A stretch of 64,000 bases of DNA, taken from sequence record LT598654.1; one strand, 5' to 3'. The first letter of the stretch is position 1. Each line of letters starts with the position of its first letter. The notes beneath the pieces were generated by a model that did not search any database, had not been told where the DNA came from, and saw nothing but the letters and a program-made list of their open reading frames with translations. This document shows positions 1 through 9,224 of the stretch, piece after piece. The translations under genes were made by a program, and so were the position numbers.

Positions 1-50
1 CTGGTTCTGATACAAAAGCGGTTCGAGTTAAGCGTAAGGAACTGAAAGCT

Positions 51-512
51 TTGGACTCGCGCATCGTTAAAACACAATCCAATTTTGAAAAACAAAATGC
101 TACGACGCGCCAGATGACTCAGAAGCTTTTAGACAAACTGGAAGCCGAGCGTGAAAAGTTAGAAGGTGAGATTGCACACTACGAAGAAACCATAAAGCAA
201 AAACGCCACAAGATTGTTGTGTTCAAGCGTGAAGTGTTCCAGGTGTCTAATCTAAAATCTGAAACACCTTCAAAGACAAAGCGGAGGATGTTGAAACCTA
301 AAGCTATTGAGTTGTACCTTTATGAGATACTTAAACAGTTCTCGGACGCGGGTCACGAATTCTCTATGTTGTCTAACCAATTCATCAACAATACTGCTAG
401 TGCAGATATTCAAATGGCTTGGTTAGTTAGGTCTGAACAGGCTAAAGTTATTCGCGAGTTGTACGGCGATATGAACATCGTAGTAAACTGGGGCTTACCA
501 TGGAAGTCATAA
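51..512 (+). CDS. hypothetical protein, N-terminal coiled coil
   Basis: 153-aa ORF with TTG start preceded by AAGGA; heptad-rich N-half. Confidence 0.75.
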   Translation: MDSRIVKTQSNFEKQNATTRQMTQKLLDKLEAEREKLEGEIAHYEETIKQKRHKIVVFKREVFQVSNLKSETPSKTKRRMLKPKAIELYLYEILKQFSDAGHEFSMLSNQFINNTASADIQMAWLVRSEQAKVIRELYGDMNIVVNWGLPWKS

Positions 513-579
513 CACAGGTAGTTAATACGTTATATCAACCAACTAAAGAGGAGAAAGAGCAGTCTTTCTGTGAGGAAAG

Positions 580-1170
580 ATGGCCCGCATAAAGCCGGGT
601 GAAAACAAACTTCCGCCTGAGGAAAGAGGGAAGTTTACAAGGTGCTGTATATGTTTCGAATTCACACGTAACATACACTGGCACCATACAACACCACGTG
701 CGCTAGGTGGTGAAGAAAGTTTGCAAATTCCAATCGACGGTGACTGTCACACCACACTTCATGCTAAGTCAGAAGCAGTAGTGTCTTACTTGAAAGGAAA
801 TCGAGAGGAACCGCCAGGACGTTTCTGGGACAAATGGGAAAGTGAGCAACGTGCTCAACCGTACCTAGAGATATTAGTAAGTGCAATGTTAAATCCTCCA
901 GTCTCTGACGAGGACAAGAAGATTAGACTTGCACAGCCTATAGTTGATCTGATCACAAGGAATCAGCTAGACAAATTAAAACAAGATTTGCCCGGCGTTA
1001 CTAATATTGGACAAACAATAGATTATTGCATACACTATACATTAAAGCATCAAGGATATAAAAATGAAGAAGCTAGTAGAACAATCGTTACCAATTCGCG
1101 AAATCAAAACGGGACACCTGACTTGTGGGGAGTGCGCAGGGTTAAGCGTAGAAAATCTGATCGCAGGTAA
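580..1170 (+). CDS. HNH-family domain protein
   Basis: CCIC...WHHTTPRALGG...DCHTTLH matches the CxxC-HH..P...GG..CH HNH pattern; GAGGA upstream. Confidence 0.7.
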   Translation: MARIKPGENKLPPEERGKFTRCCICFEFTRNIHWHHTTPRALGGEESLQIPIDGDCHTTLHAKSEAVVSYLKGNREEPPGRFWDKWESEQRAQPYLEILVSAMLNPPVSDEDKKIRLAQPIVDLITRNQLDKLKQDLPGVTNIGQTIDYCIHYTLKHQGYKNEEASRTIVTNSRNQNGTPDLWGVRRVKRRKSDRR

Positions 1171-1945
1171 TGATTTGAACAACTGCTCGGAAGAAGGGAA
1201 GTTAAAGACTTCAAGAGCGTGTCCGAAATTTCAACCGGAACCGACTATCATCAAAGATGCGTTACAGGATGATGCGGAAGACGGTATACGTGAGATTGCA
1301 TCCAGTGTTAAGAGTTGGGATAACAGGACTCTTAAAGCTGTCGCTGGTGCGTTATTAAATGAAGTTACAACTCGTAAAGCTGGTTTCTATATGTGGCAAC
1401 CAGTTTACGTGAGATTCAGAGGTACTGCTGCTTCAAACTATATGAGCAACTTTATGACTGCTCGTGTTTTAACTGCTGACAAGGATACCGTGCGCTTGGT
1501 GTCGGATGACGGTAAAGTTGTTCTCCGTTATGCTAACACAGGTCATGAAGGTCCTAGCATTTATTCAGTGGACGCATTTTCTCCATTGAAAGAAATGATG
1601 ATCGAAAAAGGTAAGGACGTTGATCAAACTGAACGTGCTACACCTAAGCGTTTACGTCCAGAGGGCTTCGAAGACGTAGACTTCCAATTAAACACTGACG
1701 GTATGAATGGTCGTATCACTTCAATCGGTAAGATGGCTCGTGCTAACAAGACTGGTCGCCGCACTCGTAGCGACAACAACATTCTTGACTTAACTAAGAT
1801 TGCACAACGTATTGATGACGGTACTGCAAACTATTTAGAAATGTCAGAAGAAACTGGTGAGTACACCTTGAAAGGTTCAAGCTACAAGGTGGGCTCGAAA
1901 CGTAAACGCAATCCTAACGATGACATTGAACTTGGCGACCTTTAA
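1064..1945 (+). CDS. hypothetical protein with Cys cluster (possible Zn-binding)
   Basis: CGEC...C...CPKF near the N-terminus; 293-aa ORF with phage-like codon usage. Confidence 0.75.
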   Translation: MKKLVEQSLPIREIKTGHLTCGECAGLSVENLIAGNDLNNCSEEGKLKTSRACPKFQPEPTIIKDALQDDAEDGIREIASSVKSWDNRTLKAVAGALLNEVTTRKAGFYMWQPVYVRFRGTAASNYMSNFMTARVLTADKDTVRLVSDDGKVVLRYANTGHEGPSIYSVDAFSPLKEMMIEKGKDVDQTERATPKRLRPEGFEDVDFQLNTDGMNGRITSIGKMARANKTGRRTRSDNNILDLTKIAQRIDDGTANYLEMSEETGEYTLKGSSYKVGSKRKRNPNDDIELGDL

Positions 1946-1965
1946 GCAATAAGGCTATTTGAAGA

Positions 1966-3132
1966 ATGGACAAGAAATATAAAAGCTTGTGTTCACAAAT
2001 AGTAGAGTTGCTTGAACTGGAACATGGAACACCTGAATTTGATCAGGTGTTCATCTACTGTCTTGAACACCTTTGCTTACAAACAGATATAAAAAGTTTC
2101 CATAATCGTTTGAAGTCTATAGTTGATTTTAAGAACTTGAGTTTATCGCCGTCAAAGTTCCGATTAGCTATAAGTAAATCTGGCTACTTGCTACTGAACC
2201 TAAGATTCCATGTTGTTTATCTTAGTTTGGTTCGTAGGAAGTTAGACGATTTTGTTTTTGAGTACTATATGTTTCAACACCAAGTTGATCCTATAGATAA
2301 TGCGTTGCTGACTGAACTGTTAACCAAGAACATGATTAACCGCAAGTCACTCCGAACTTTAATCAGAAGCAAGATACCTGCTAAAGATAGAGAGTTGTAT
2401 GCACCTGTTGCTATCCAGAATATTCTGGACGAATTCAACAAGATGCTACCTGATATTAAGGCAACAATCAATCGTGTTATCTACAAACGTCTTCGGTTTG
2501 TTATGCGCACCTACAACATGACTCGGGATGAATTTATTTCCGAGTTGTTGTTTAGTGCTATCCGAGCACATTACAAATCAAAACCTAATACGTTCAGCTT
2601 TGAAAAAAGCTTGAATGTAATCAGACGTTCTATCGATAACTATGCTGTTAACCTTATCAAAGCGTACACAACCAACAAGCGTGAACGTTTGGTAAATGAA
2701 GGCAAAGACGCGCAAGGAGATTATGTTTTCTCTTTGCGTGTTGTATCAGAAAATCAAATGAACCTAACGTCAATGACTGGTGACGATGTTGATATTAGCT
2801 ACGACTCAATGTTTAGTTCCAGTCTGCGAATAGGTTTAGAAAAGAAAAGAGATATTGAATTTAGTGTTGACCAACTAATGCGTAGATACGGAGTAAAGAG
2901 CCGACGCGGTAGACTGTTAAGCGTTTACTTTAGTCCTGATTGTACGCTGTTCCGAAACTGGTTAATCCGAAATAAATATCTTCGCAGTAAGAATAAAACA
3001 ACTCAGGAATTCATGGATTCAAAAACAACTCAGGAATTCATGGATATTCTTTCGGCTTACTTGGACACTACTGTATCCAAGCTAAGAGAGATTGCGCTGC
3101 CAGGTATGGCGAGAGCGTTAGACTTACTTTGA
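1966..3132 (+). CDS. putative sigma-factor-like transcription protein
   Basis: TRDEFISELLFSAIRAHYK...SFEKSLNVIRRSIDNYAVNLIKAYTTNKR resembles sigma70/ECF region 2; by-eye similarity only. Confidence 0.4.
   Translation: MDKKYKSLCSQIVELLELEHGTPEFDQVFIYCLEHLCLQTDIKSFHNRLKSIVDFKNLSLSPSKFRLAISKSGYLLLNLRFHVVYLSLVRRKLDDFVFEYYMFQHQVDPIDNALLTELLTKNMINRKSLRTLIRSKIPAKDRELYAPVAIQNILDEFNKMLPDIKATINRVIYKRLRFVMRTYNMTRDEFISELLFSAIRAHYKSKPNTFSFEKSLNVIRRSIDNYAVNLIKAYTTNKRERLVNEGKDAQGDYVFSLRVVSENQMNLTSMTGDDVDISYDSMFSSSLRIGLEKKRDIEFSVDQLMRRYGVKSRRGRLLSVYFSPDCTLFRNWLIRNKYLRSKNKTTQEFMDSKTTQEFMDILSAYLDTTVSKLREIALPGMARALDLL
2995..3045 (+). repeat. 27-bp-period in-frame tandem duplication (KTTQEFMD x2)
   Basis: aaaacaactcaggaattcatggat at 2995-3018 and 3022-3045. 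Confidence 0.95.
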
Positions 3133-3142
3133 GGAAAATAAC

Positions 3143-3628
3143 ATGCAAGAACTTGCAGCACCGAAGAAATTAAATCTTCACCCATGGCAGGTCGATGCGA
3201 TGTTTACGCTAACAGTTGGGCCAGAGCAGAACAAAAGGACTCTGCTCTATCCTGCTAACGATTCTGGCAACGTTCAGATATTTGTTAAGGGTCGTCGGTC
3301 AGGATTGTCTAGCCAAAAAGCATTGCACGATCAGCACCGTGTATGTCTTTACTTAGCTTACCATTTGATTTCTTCGTCTGAGGGTAACACCTCAGACAAG
3401 CGAGTTATCTGGAAACTAAAGCAGTTCAACATGCCTAGCGAGGCAATTGTTTGTGCTTTGAAAGGGCTGGAATCTATTTTCGAATGTGTTAACTCCTTTT
3501 ATTACAAAAATAATAAAAGTGTAAAACGATACAATGTTGAAAACAAAGATCAGGTCTTGATTAAAGAATGGTGTGACTGGTATTCAAAAGCGAATCCCGA
3601 AGTTGCACTTCTTAAGGACCGTCTGTAG
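3143..3628 (+). CDS. hypothetical protein
   Basis: 161-aa ORF with GAGGA SD, packed between neighbours. Confidence 0.75.
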   Translation: MQELAAPKKLNLHPWQVDAMFTLTVGPEQNKRTLLYPANDSGNVQIFVKGRRSGLSSQKALHDQHRVCLYLAYHLISSSEGNTSDKRVIWKLKQFNMPSEAIVCALKGLESIFECVNSFYYKNNKSVKRYNVENKDQVLIKEWCDWYSKANPEVALLKDRL

Positions 3629-3645
3629 TTTAGTGTAAGGCGAAC

Positions 3646-5130
3646 ATGGAATTATATTCGATTGACTCAGAACTTAGGTTCTTGAAGACAGTCACTAATG
3701 CAAAAATACCAAAAAGAGACCGTTTAACTTTCTTAGGCAAGGTTACGGTCAACACATTCCACCATGAGTATACCCAACAGGCATACACTCGCATACTTAG
3801 TCTTTTGCAATCCCGTAACCATCTTATTGATTGGTCTGAATTAAAAACAGACCCAAGCATGGAACGTGACGCAAGGGATTTGTTTGAGGACACCGACGTT
3901 AAAGCTGCCAAGAGTTCTAAGAGTTTGGATAAACTTATCTTAGACCTTGAGGAATTCCGTAAACGTCGAATGCTGTTTGATATAATCAATGATGTTGCCT
4001 CTGAATTTGAAAAAGATGAAAAGATTGTAGCGGATTCCCTGTTAGATACTTTGCGTAACGGCATTGGTTCTATTCAAGAGAATATGGTTGAAGACGAAAC
4101 TGTTTGGTCTTTCGGTGAGAACGACAACTCAGAAGATATTCTTGACCGTATCCTACACAAGCCTGGTGAGACTTTGTACAAAACAGGCTTTGATGAATAC
4201 GACAATCGAAACGGAGGTCTTCCTACAAACGGTGTTATGATCATGGCGGCAACTACCTCAGGTGGTAAGTCTGCTGTATCTATGAACTTAGAAAAGAATC
4301 TTGCCGAACTCAATAAGGGAATGCACGCCTGTAAGGTAACCCTTGAAATGAGTGAGGAGCAAGAAGGTAAACGTGTTGCTTCGATGGTGTCGGGTGTACC
4401 TCTTGCTAAGTTCAAACACAACAATCTGACTGACCGTGAAAAGAAAACGGTTATCAAGAAGATGAAGAAGTGGCGCGAGAAGTTAAAAGAAAACAAATCA
4501 CGCTTTACTTTTGTATCCGGTAAAAAGTCTCGTACTATCGATCAGTTGCTAGCCTTCCTAATTCCTTATGCTTTCAAGGTAATCATAATCGACTATATCT
4601 CCCTACTGGAAGGTGTTGATGATGACAACCAGTGGCGTATGCTTAGTGCTATCGCTCGTAAATGTAAGGTGTTTAGCGCAGAACATAATTGTCTAGTGGT
4701 GTTGCTTGCTCAGTTGGATACCGAGTCTAGCCAACTTCGTTATTCAAAAGGTATCAAAGAACACGCTGACGTTATGTGGAAGTGGAACTACTACGATGAA
4801 GAGGTACGTGCAACACACGTTATCACAATCGAAGTAGACAAAGCGCGTGATGGTGAACTGTTCCATATGCCTGTAGGGGAGGACTTCGCAACAATGCGAA
4901 TTACTAATCCTAGTGATGAAGACTTGGAGAGTTATGAAGAACTCAAAAATTCTAAGAATCGCAGAGGCAAAGGTAAAAAGTCTAGCGACGACGATGACGA
5001 TACCGACACCGAACTTAATACGCGCCGACGTAAACGTTCACGTAATACCGAAGACGATGATGACGAGTCCGAAAAACGTGCTAAGAAAAAGAGCCGTCGC
5101 AAACGTGAAGGTAATAGTTTAGTTCTTTAG
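3646..5130 (+). CDS. DnaB-like replicative helicase
   Basis: Walker A ATTSGGKS, TLEMS motif, Walker B IIIDYI, LAQL, IKEHAD and KARDG motifs of the DnaB/SF4 family. Confidence 0.92.
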   Translation: MELYSIDSELRFLKTVTNAKIPKRDRLTFLGKVTVNTFHHEYTQQAYTRILSLLQSRNHLIDWSELKTDPSMERDARDLFEDTDVKAAKSSKSLDKLILDLEEFRKRRMLFDIINDVASEFEKDEKIVADSLLDTLRNGIGSIQENMVEDETVWSFGENDNSEDILDRILHKPGETLYKTGFDEYDNRNGGLPTNGVMIMAATTSGGKSAVSMNLEKNLAELNKGMHACKVTLEMSEEQEGKRVASMVSGVPLAKFKHNNLTDREKKTVIKKMKKWREKLKENKSRFTFVSGKKSRTIDQLLAFLIPYAFKVIIIDYISLLEGVDDDNQWRMLSAIARKCKVFSAEHNCLVVLLAQLDTESSQLRYSKGIKEHADVMWKWNYYDEEVRATHVITIEVDKARDGELFHMPVGEDFATMRITNPSDEDLESYEELKNSKNRRGKGKKSSDDDDDTDTELNTRRRKRSRNTEDDDDESEKRAKKKSRRKREGNSLVL

Positions 5131-5138
5131 GAAGGTAC

Positions 5139-5987
5139 ATGTTTGATAAAAATAACAGCCCATACGGTTTCTTAGATAGCGATAGTCCTGTTAAAGACAT
5201 GACTGCTTCCGAAATACACCGTATTGCACAAACAAGACCTAAGGGGTATCGACCCTGGACTAAAGTTCGTGATGGAGCAGATAAAGAAGTCAGTGGACGA
5301 CTTCGCCCTATCGTGGACGGTGCTGATGTAAATGTTGAGGAGCACAACGAATCTATTATTGAAGGTTTGTTTGTTGCGCCTCACGAAGAAAGTAAAAGTG
5401 GTGAGGAGCAAATTCCTCAATCTACTATAGACCTAAACGCTTTACGTGCTAGGCAGAACATGCGTAAGCAACCTCAATACCGAGAGTCAATCAGTCCAGT
5501 ACCTCCAGCATTGGACGATACAAAAGGTATTGTTGAAAACGTCATACCTATAAAGAAGCGTGACATACAAGAGAGCCATGAGTTTACCGAAGACTTGTCT
5601 AAAGTAGTTGGTGACTTGACTGTTAAGCACTTGGGTATGATGCTGAGTTTCGATAATGCCTCAGCTTATGTTGAAGCATTTGCAAAAGATGGGTTGGACT
5701 TGCGTACTGACGTTCAGATAGCAGACGACCCTATGCACTTCCTTTCTAATCTATGTAGTATTGAAACGCTACACCACTACATAAGAAAGACCAAATTACC
5801 TCGCAGCGTAAAAGCTTCGTATATGGAAAAGGTTACTGAGTATTTCTTTGAACGTGGAAAGATAGAAGCTGAATCTGCTCGTAAGAGTGAATTACTCCGC
5901 CGATACAATCAAGCTAACCAATCTAAGGGTCACGTTGAAGATGACTCACAAGGTTCACCGCATGGTACTATCAGACAAAGGCGCTAA
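5139..5987 (+). CDS. hypothetical protein immediately upstream of the terminase
   Basis: 282-aa ORF whose stop overlaps the terminase ATG (TAATG); position would suit a small terminase but no motif is recognised. Confidence 0.75.
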   Translation: MFDKNNSPYGFLDSDSPVKDMTASEIHRIAQTRPKGYRPWTKVRDGADKEVSGRLRPIVDGADVNVEEHNESIIEGLFVAPHEESKSGEEQIPQSTIDLNALRARQNMRKQPQYRESISPVPPALDDTKGIVENVIPIKKRDIQESHEFTEDLSKVVGDLTVKHLGMMLSFDNASAYVEAFAKDGLDLRTDVQIADDPMHFLSNLCSIETLHHYIRKTKLPRSVKASYMEKVTEYFFERGKIEAESARKSELLRRYNQANQSKGHVEDDSQGSPHGTIRQRR

Positions 5988-8260
5988 TGAAACGCATTCG
6001 TAAAAAATCAAAAGAAGTGGAGGCTGAGGTCTCCACTAAACCAAAAAAGAAAATCAAAAGAGTACGTAGACGAACAAGTAAACCTGAGAAATCCGAACAA
6101 CCTTCAAAAGTACATCCTATAGCTGCGGCTGTTTCTACCAAAAGTCCCCTCGACGAACTCCTATCTCTTTCCGACGAAGAAGTAACCCACGCAGAAAATC
6201 TCGACTTCCTAGAAAATCTTTCAATGGACTACAACCCTCTTGATGATGGAGAAGGTGTAGATATTGTCGGAATGGTTGATGAAGCTATCAACCAAGATAC
6301 GCTTGTTGCACCTGATTTGAAGATTGATGATTCTAGCTGCCCGGAAGCACCTAATGTTTTCGAATGGTTGATGGGTGATAAGTTCTTAGGTTGCGAACCT
6401 CCTTATCTTGAACAGGCACTTGTTTGTATACAATTGTTTGCTGAGTACTGCCCTCGCTGTAGTGACACTGAGTGGATGCACATAGACAATCACGAACCTC
6501 AAGAAGGTGTCGGTGCTATATACGACAAAGTTGTGTGTACCCATTTCGGTGTTTGTCCTAAGTGCGGTGCTGAAAGAAGCGAGTTAATTCAAAACGGTGA
6601 ACTTAACTTCTACAATGAACTTGCTATGTTGGCAGGTCAGCGTAGCGGTAAGTCGATTGTTACCGCTATGGCATCTACGTACATCACTCACCGTATCCTT
6701 AAAATGCAAAAGCCTACTGATATTTATAAAGTAGGTAAGGGGCAGATACTTCACGGTACTTTCGTTGCACTTACACAGGGCCAGGCTAAAGACACTCTGT
6801 GGGAACCCTACTACGGCTACCTGTTAGAGAGTCCCTGGTTTAAAAAGTATCACGCACTGCTACGCTTCTACGAGAAGAAGTACCAACAAGACTTCTTCAA
6901 GTTAAAAGATACGTTTGTTTTATACAGACACCGTGGACTCAGTGTTTATCCTGCTGGTCCCGATAAGCGGGTACTTCGTGGTCGTACTCGTATATTCGGC
7001 GCAATAGATGAAATCGGTTGGTTCGATAACAACAAAAACTCCGACAAGGTTAAAATTAACGCAGAAGAAGTTTATGTTGCTATGGTACGTTCACTTGCTA
7101 CAGTACGTTCAAGTGAGGAACGTTTAGTAGGTATCGGATACAACCAGGCTATATCTGCTTACATGCTCAACATCAGTTCACCTTCTAGTGTACGTGATAA
7201 AATCTGTGAGCTAGTAAGGCAGTCCCAAGGTTCTACCAAGACATTAGGTGTACACGCACCTACTTGGAAGATGAATCCAAACATAACTCGTAATACTGCG
7301 TTCTTGGTAGAAGAATTCCGCAAAGACCCTATTACTGCAATGCGAGATTACGGAGCAGAACCTCCGTTGAGTGCTAACGCATTCATAAACAACAAGCAGT
7401 GGATACAGGATATTTTCAACGACAAGTACCGTAACATTATCAGCTACACTAGCAGGATAACTAAAGTCGGGAAAGAACAGTATCGATATGCGGAAGTCAA
7501 CAAAGTTAAACCTTCTAACCAGTACAGCATAATGGCTATCGATGCCGGTTACACAAATAACTCGTTTGCGCTGGTTGTAGGTACTATAGGTTCAGACGGT
7601 GTTCCTAAAATGGATCTTGTAGCAGAAGTAATTCCTTTACCTGGTATTCCTTTAAACTACACCATGATATATGAGGAATTAATGCGTCCTATTATAGAGG
7701 CGCGTAACGTCCGAATCGTACTTGCTGACCGATGGAACAGTCTAAAGCTATTGCATGATATAGCTATCGACTATATGGATGTTGAACTGGTTACCAAGCA
7801 GTACTCTTTGAAGTATCCTGATTTTTGGAACATCAAGACTACTATTGAACAAACAATGCTTACCATCCCTAACTTAGAGAAGGGTCATGACCTCGATGGT
7901 GTGTTAAAAGATACACTCGAAGAATATCCTCGTTGCTTTGAAGGTAGACCTGCGTGTCACTTAGCCTTACAGATATTAACTGTACAGGATACAGGACGAA
8001 CTGTTACTAAAGGTGAAGGTGACCTAACAGATGATTTGTGGAGAGCAATGGTCCTAGCGTTCTGGGGTATGCAACAAGATGAATTCGTAGACGTTCTCTT
8101 GACTGATATGGCACCTCAAGATAAACCACGTGTTGCTGCACTGGGAACCGCGTTACTTGGTTCAGCGGGTGGTGGTCAACTGTCAAGTGTAGGAGGCTCT
8201 AGCGGCGCTAAGTCTACCGGGTCAGGTGGTGTAGTAGGATTACTAGCAGGGAGAAAATAA
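5987..8260 (+). CDS. terminase large subunit
   Basis: Walker A AGQRSGKS, LRG motif, Walker B FGAIDEIG, ISSP coupling motif, nuclease AIDAG and late DDL; near the portal. Confidence 0.9.
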   Translation: MKRIRKKSKEVEAEVSTKPKKKIKRVRRRTSKPEKSEQPSKVHPIAAAVSTKSPLDELLSLSDEEVTHAENLDFLENLSMDYNPLDDGEGVDIVGMVDEAINQDTLVAPDLKIDDSSCPEAPNVFEWLMGDKFLGCEPPYLEQALVCIQLFAEYCPRCSDTEWMHIDNHEPQEGVGAIYDKVVCTHFGVCPKCGAERSELIQNGELNFYNELAMLAGQRSGKSIVTAMASTYITHRILKMQKPTDIYKVGKGQILHGTFVALTQGQAKDTLWEPYYGYLLESPWFKKYHALLRFYEKKYQQDFFKLKDTFVLYRHRGLSVYPAGPDKRVLRGRTRIFGAIDEIGWFDNNKNSDKVKINAEEVYVAMVRSLATVRSSEERLVGIGYNQAISAYMLNISSPSSVRDKICELVRQSQGSTKTLGVHAPTWKMNPNITRNTAFLVEEFRKDPITAMRDYGAEPPLSANAFINNKQWIQDIFNDKYRNIISYTSRITKVGKEQYRYAEVNKVKPSNQYSIMAIDAGYTNNSFALVVGTIGSDGVPKMDLVAEVIPLPGIPLNYTMIYEELMRPIIEARNVRIVLADRWNSLKLLHDIAIDYMDVELVTKQYSLKYPDFWNIKTTIEQTMLTIPNLEKGHDLDGVLKDTLEEYPRCFEGRPACHLALQILTVQDTGRTVTKGEGDLTDDLWRAMVLAFWGMQQDEFVDVLLTDMAPQDKPRVAALGTALLGSAGGGQLSSVGGSSGAKSTGSGGVVGLLAGRK

Positions 8261-8976
8261 TGGTTGATAGAGACACAGCACCTTTTTATTTTACTCAGCC
8301 TCTTGCAACTAGTTTTAAGTTGCATGAGGACGCAGCGTTTACTTCGGGTATTCGCCGAATGTACCACGAACATATCAAGTGGATAGATAAGCAGAACTGG
8401 AATGACCAATCCAGCTACTTAGAAAAGCTTGCTATGTTAATGAGTGAGGTTTGGGAAGTATATTCAAAACCTTTAGACACAGTTGATGATGTTGAATTAT
8501 ATCATGGACGTACTTTGGAGTTTGCTGACATTATTCTCCGCACGTTTAGTATGATTGACGTTCTCAAACGTGATACCGACGGTGAGTTTAACATCGAATC
8601 CGTTTTAATGGCAGACACCGTTATCGATAACAGGTTTGAATCTCTGGCTTCTTTGAATGAAGGTTTCTTTATTGAAGACTGGTTGTTTTGTTTGTACAAC
8701 AAGATAGCAAGTATGGTAAACGGTTTCCGTAGTTACACGCTGGATGCTAATACTATGGACTTGAATGCAAGCCTGAACCAGATCATTTACATGAGCCTGA
8801 TGTGTATAACCATACTTGGTCGCATTCGTGAAAATATCGAATTGCTTAGAAATGATTATGAACCTAGCTCCGACCTAACAGAAGCCATTTCTGTAAAAGA
8901 TCGTGAGACCTGTTTAGGTTGTATATTAGTCAAAGTTGCACTGAACAGCAGAAAAACATCCCTTAGGGACAAATGA
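8260..8976 (+). CDS. MazG-like nucleotide pyrophosphohydrolase
   Basis: W...LEKLAMLMSEVWEV...LEFADIILR fits the ExxE...ExxD MazG pattern. Confidence 0.6.
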   Translation: MVDRDTAPFYFTQPLATSFKLHEDAAFTSGIRRMYHEHIKWIDKQNWNDQSSYLEKLAMLMSEVWEVYSKPLDTVDDVELYHGRTLEFADIILRTFSMIDVLKRDTDGEFNIESVLMADTVIDNRFESLASLNEGFFIEDWLFCLYNKIASMVNGFRSYTLDANTMDLNASLNQIIYMSLMCITILGRIRENIELLRNDYEPSSDLTEAISVKDRETCLGCILVKVALNSRKTSLRDK

Positions 8977-9008
8977 TAATTTAAGGTTAAATAGAAGGAG
9001 AACTCCAA

Positions 9009-9221
9009 ATGACTAAGATATTTAACCCTCTCGATTCGATTGCTGCCCCGGCTAGTGAAAGTGGTTCTGATATGGAATCGAACTCAAAAGCTATGCGCAA
9101 CGATACGCATGGTGTGTGCCCGAAGTGTGCGGCACAAATGAAAGTAACGAGTGTCAGTTCAGCGGAGCAGTGCTTCTATTGCCCGACCTGCCGTGTATCT
9201 AGCCCAATGCCAATTGAGTAA
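9009..9221 (+). CDS. small C4 zinc-ribbon protein
   Basis: CPKC...CPTC; strong GAAGGAG SD. Confidence 0.8.
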   Translation: MTKIFNPLDSIAAPASESGSDMESNSKAMRNDTHGVCPKCAAQMKVTSVSSAEQCFYCPTCRVSSPMPIE

Positions 9222-9224
9222 GCT

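Noticed and set aside
5139-5987. Assignment as terminase small subunit
   Set aside because: Supported only by position; no recognisable TerS motif.
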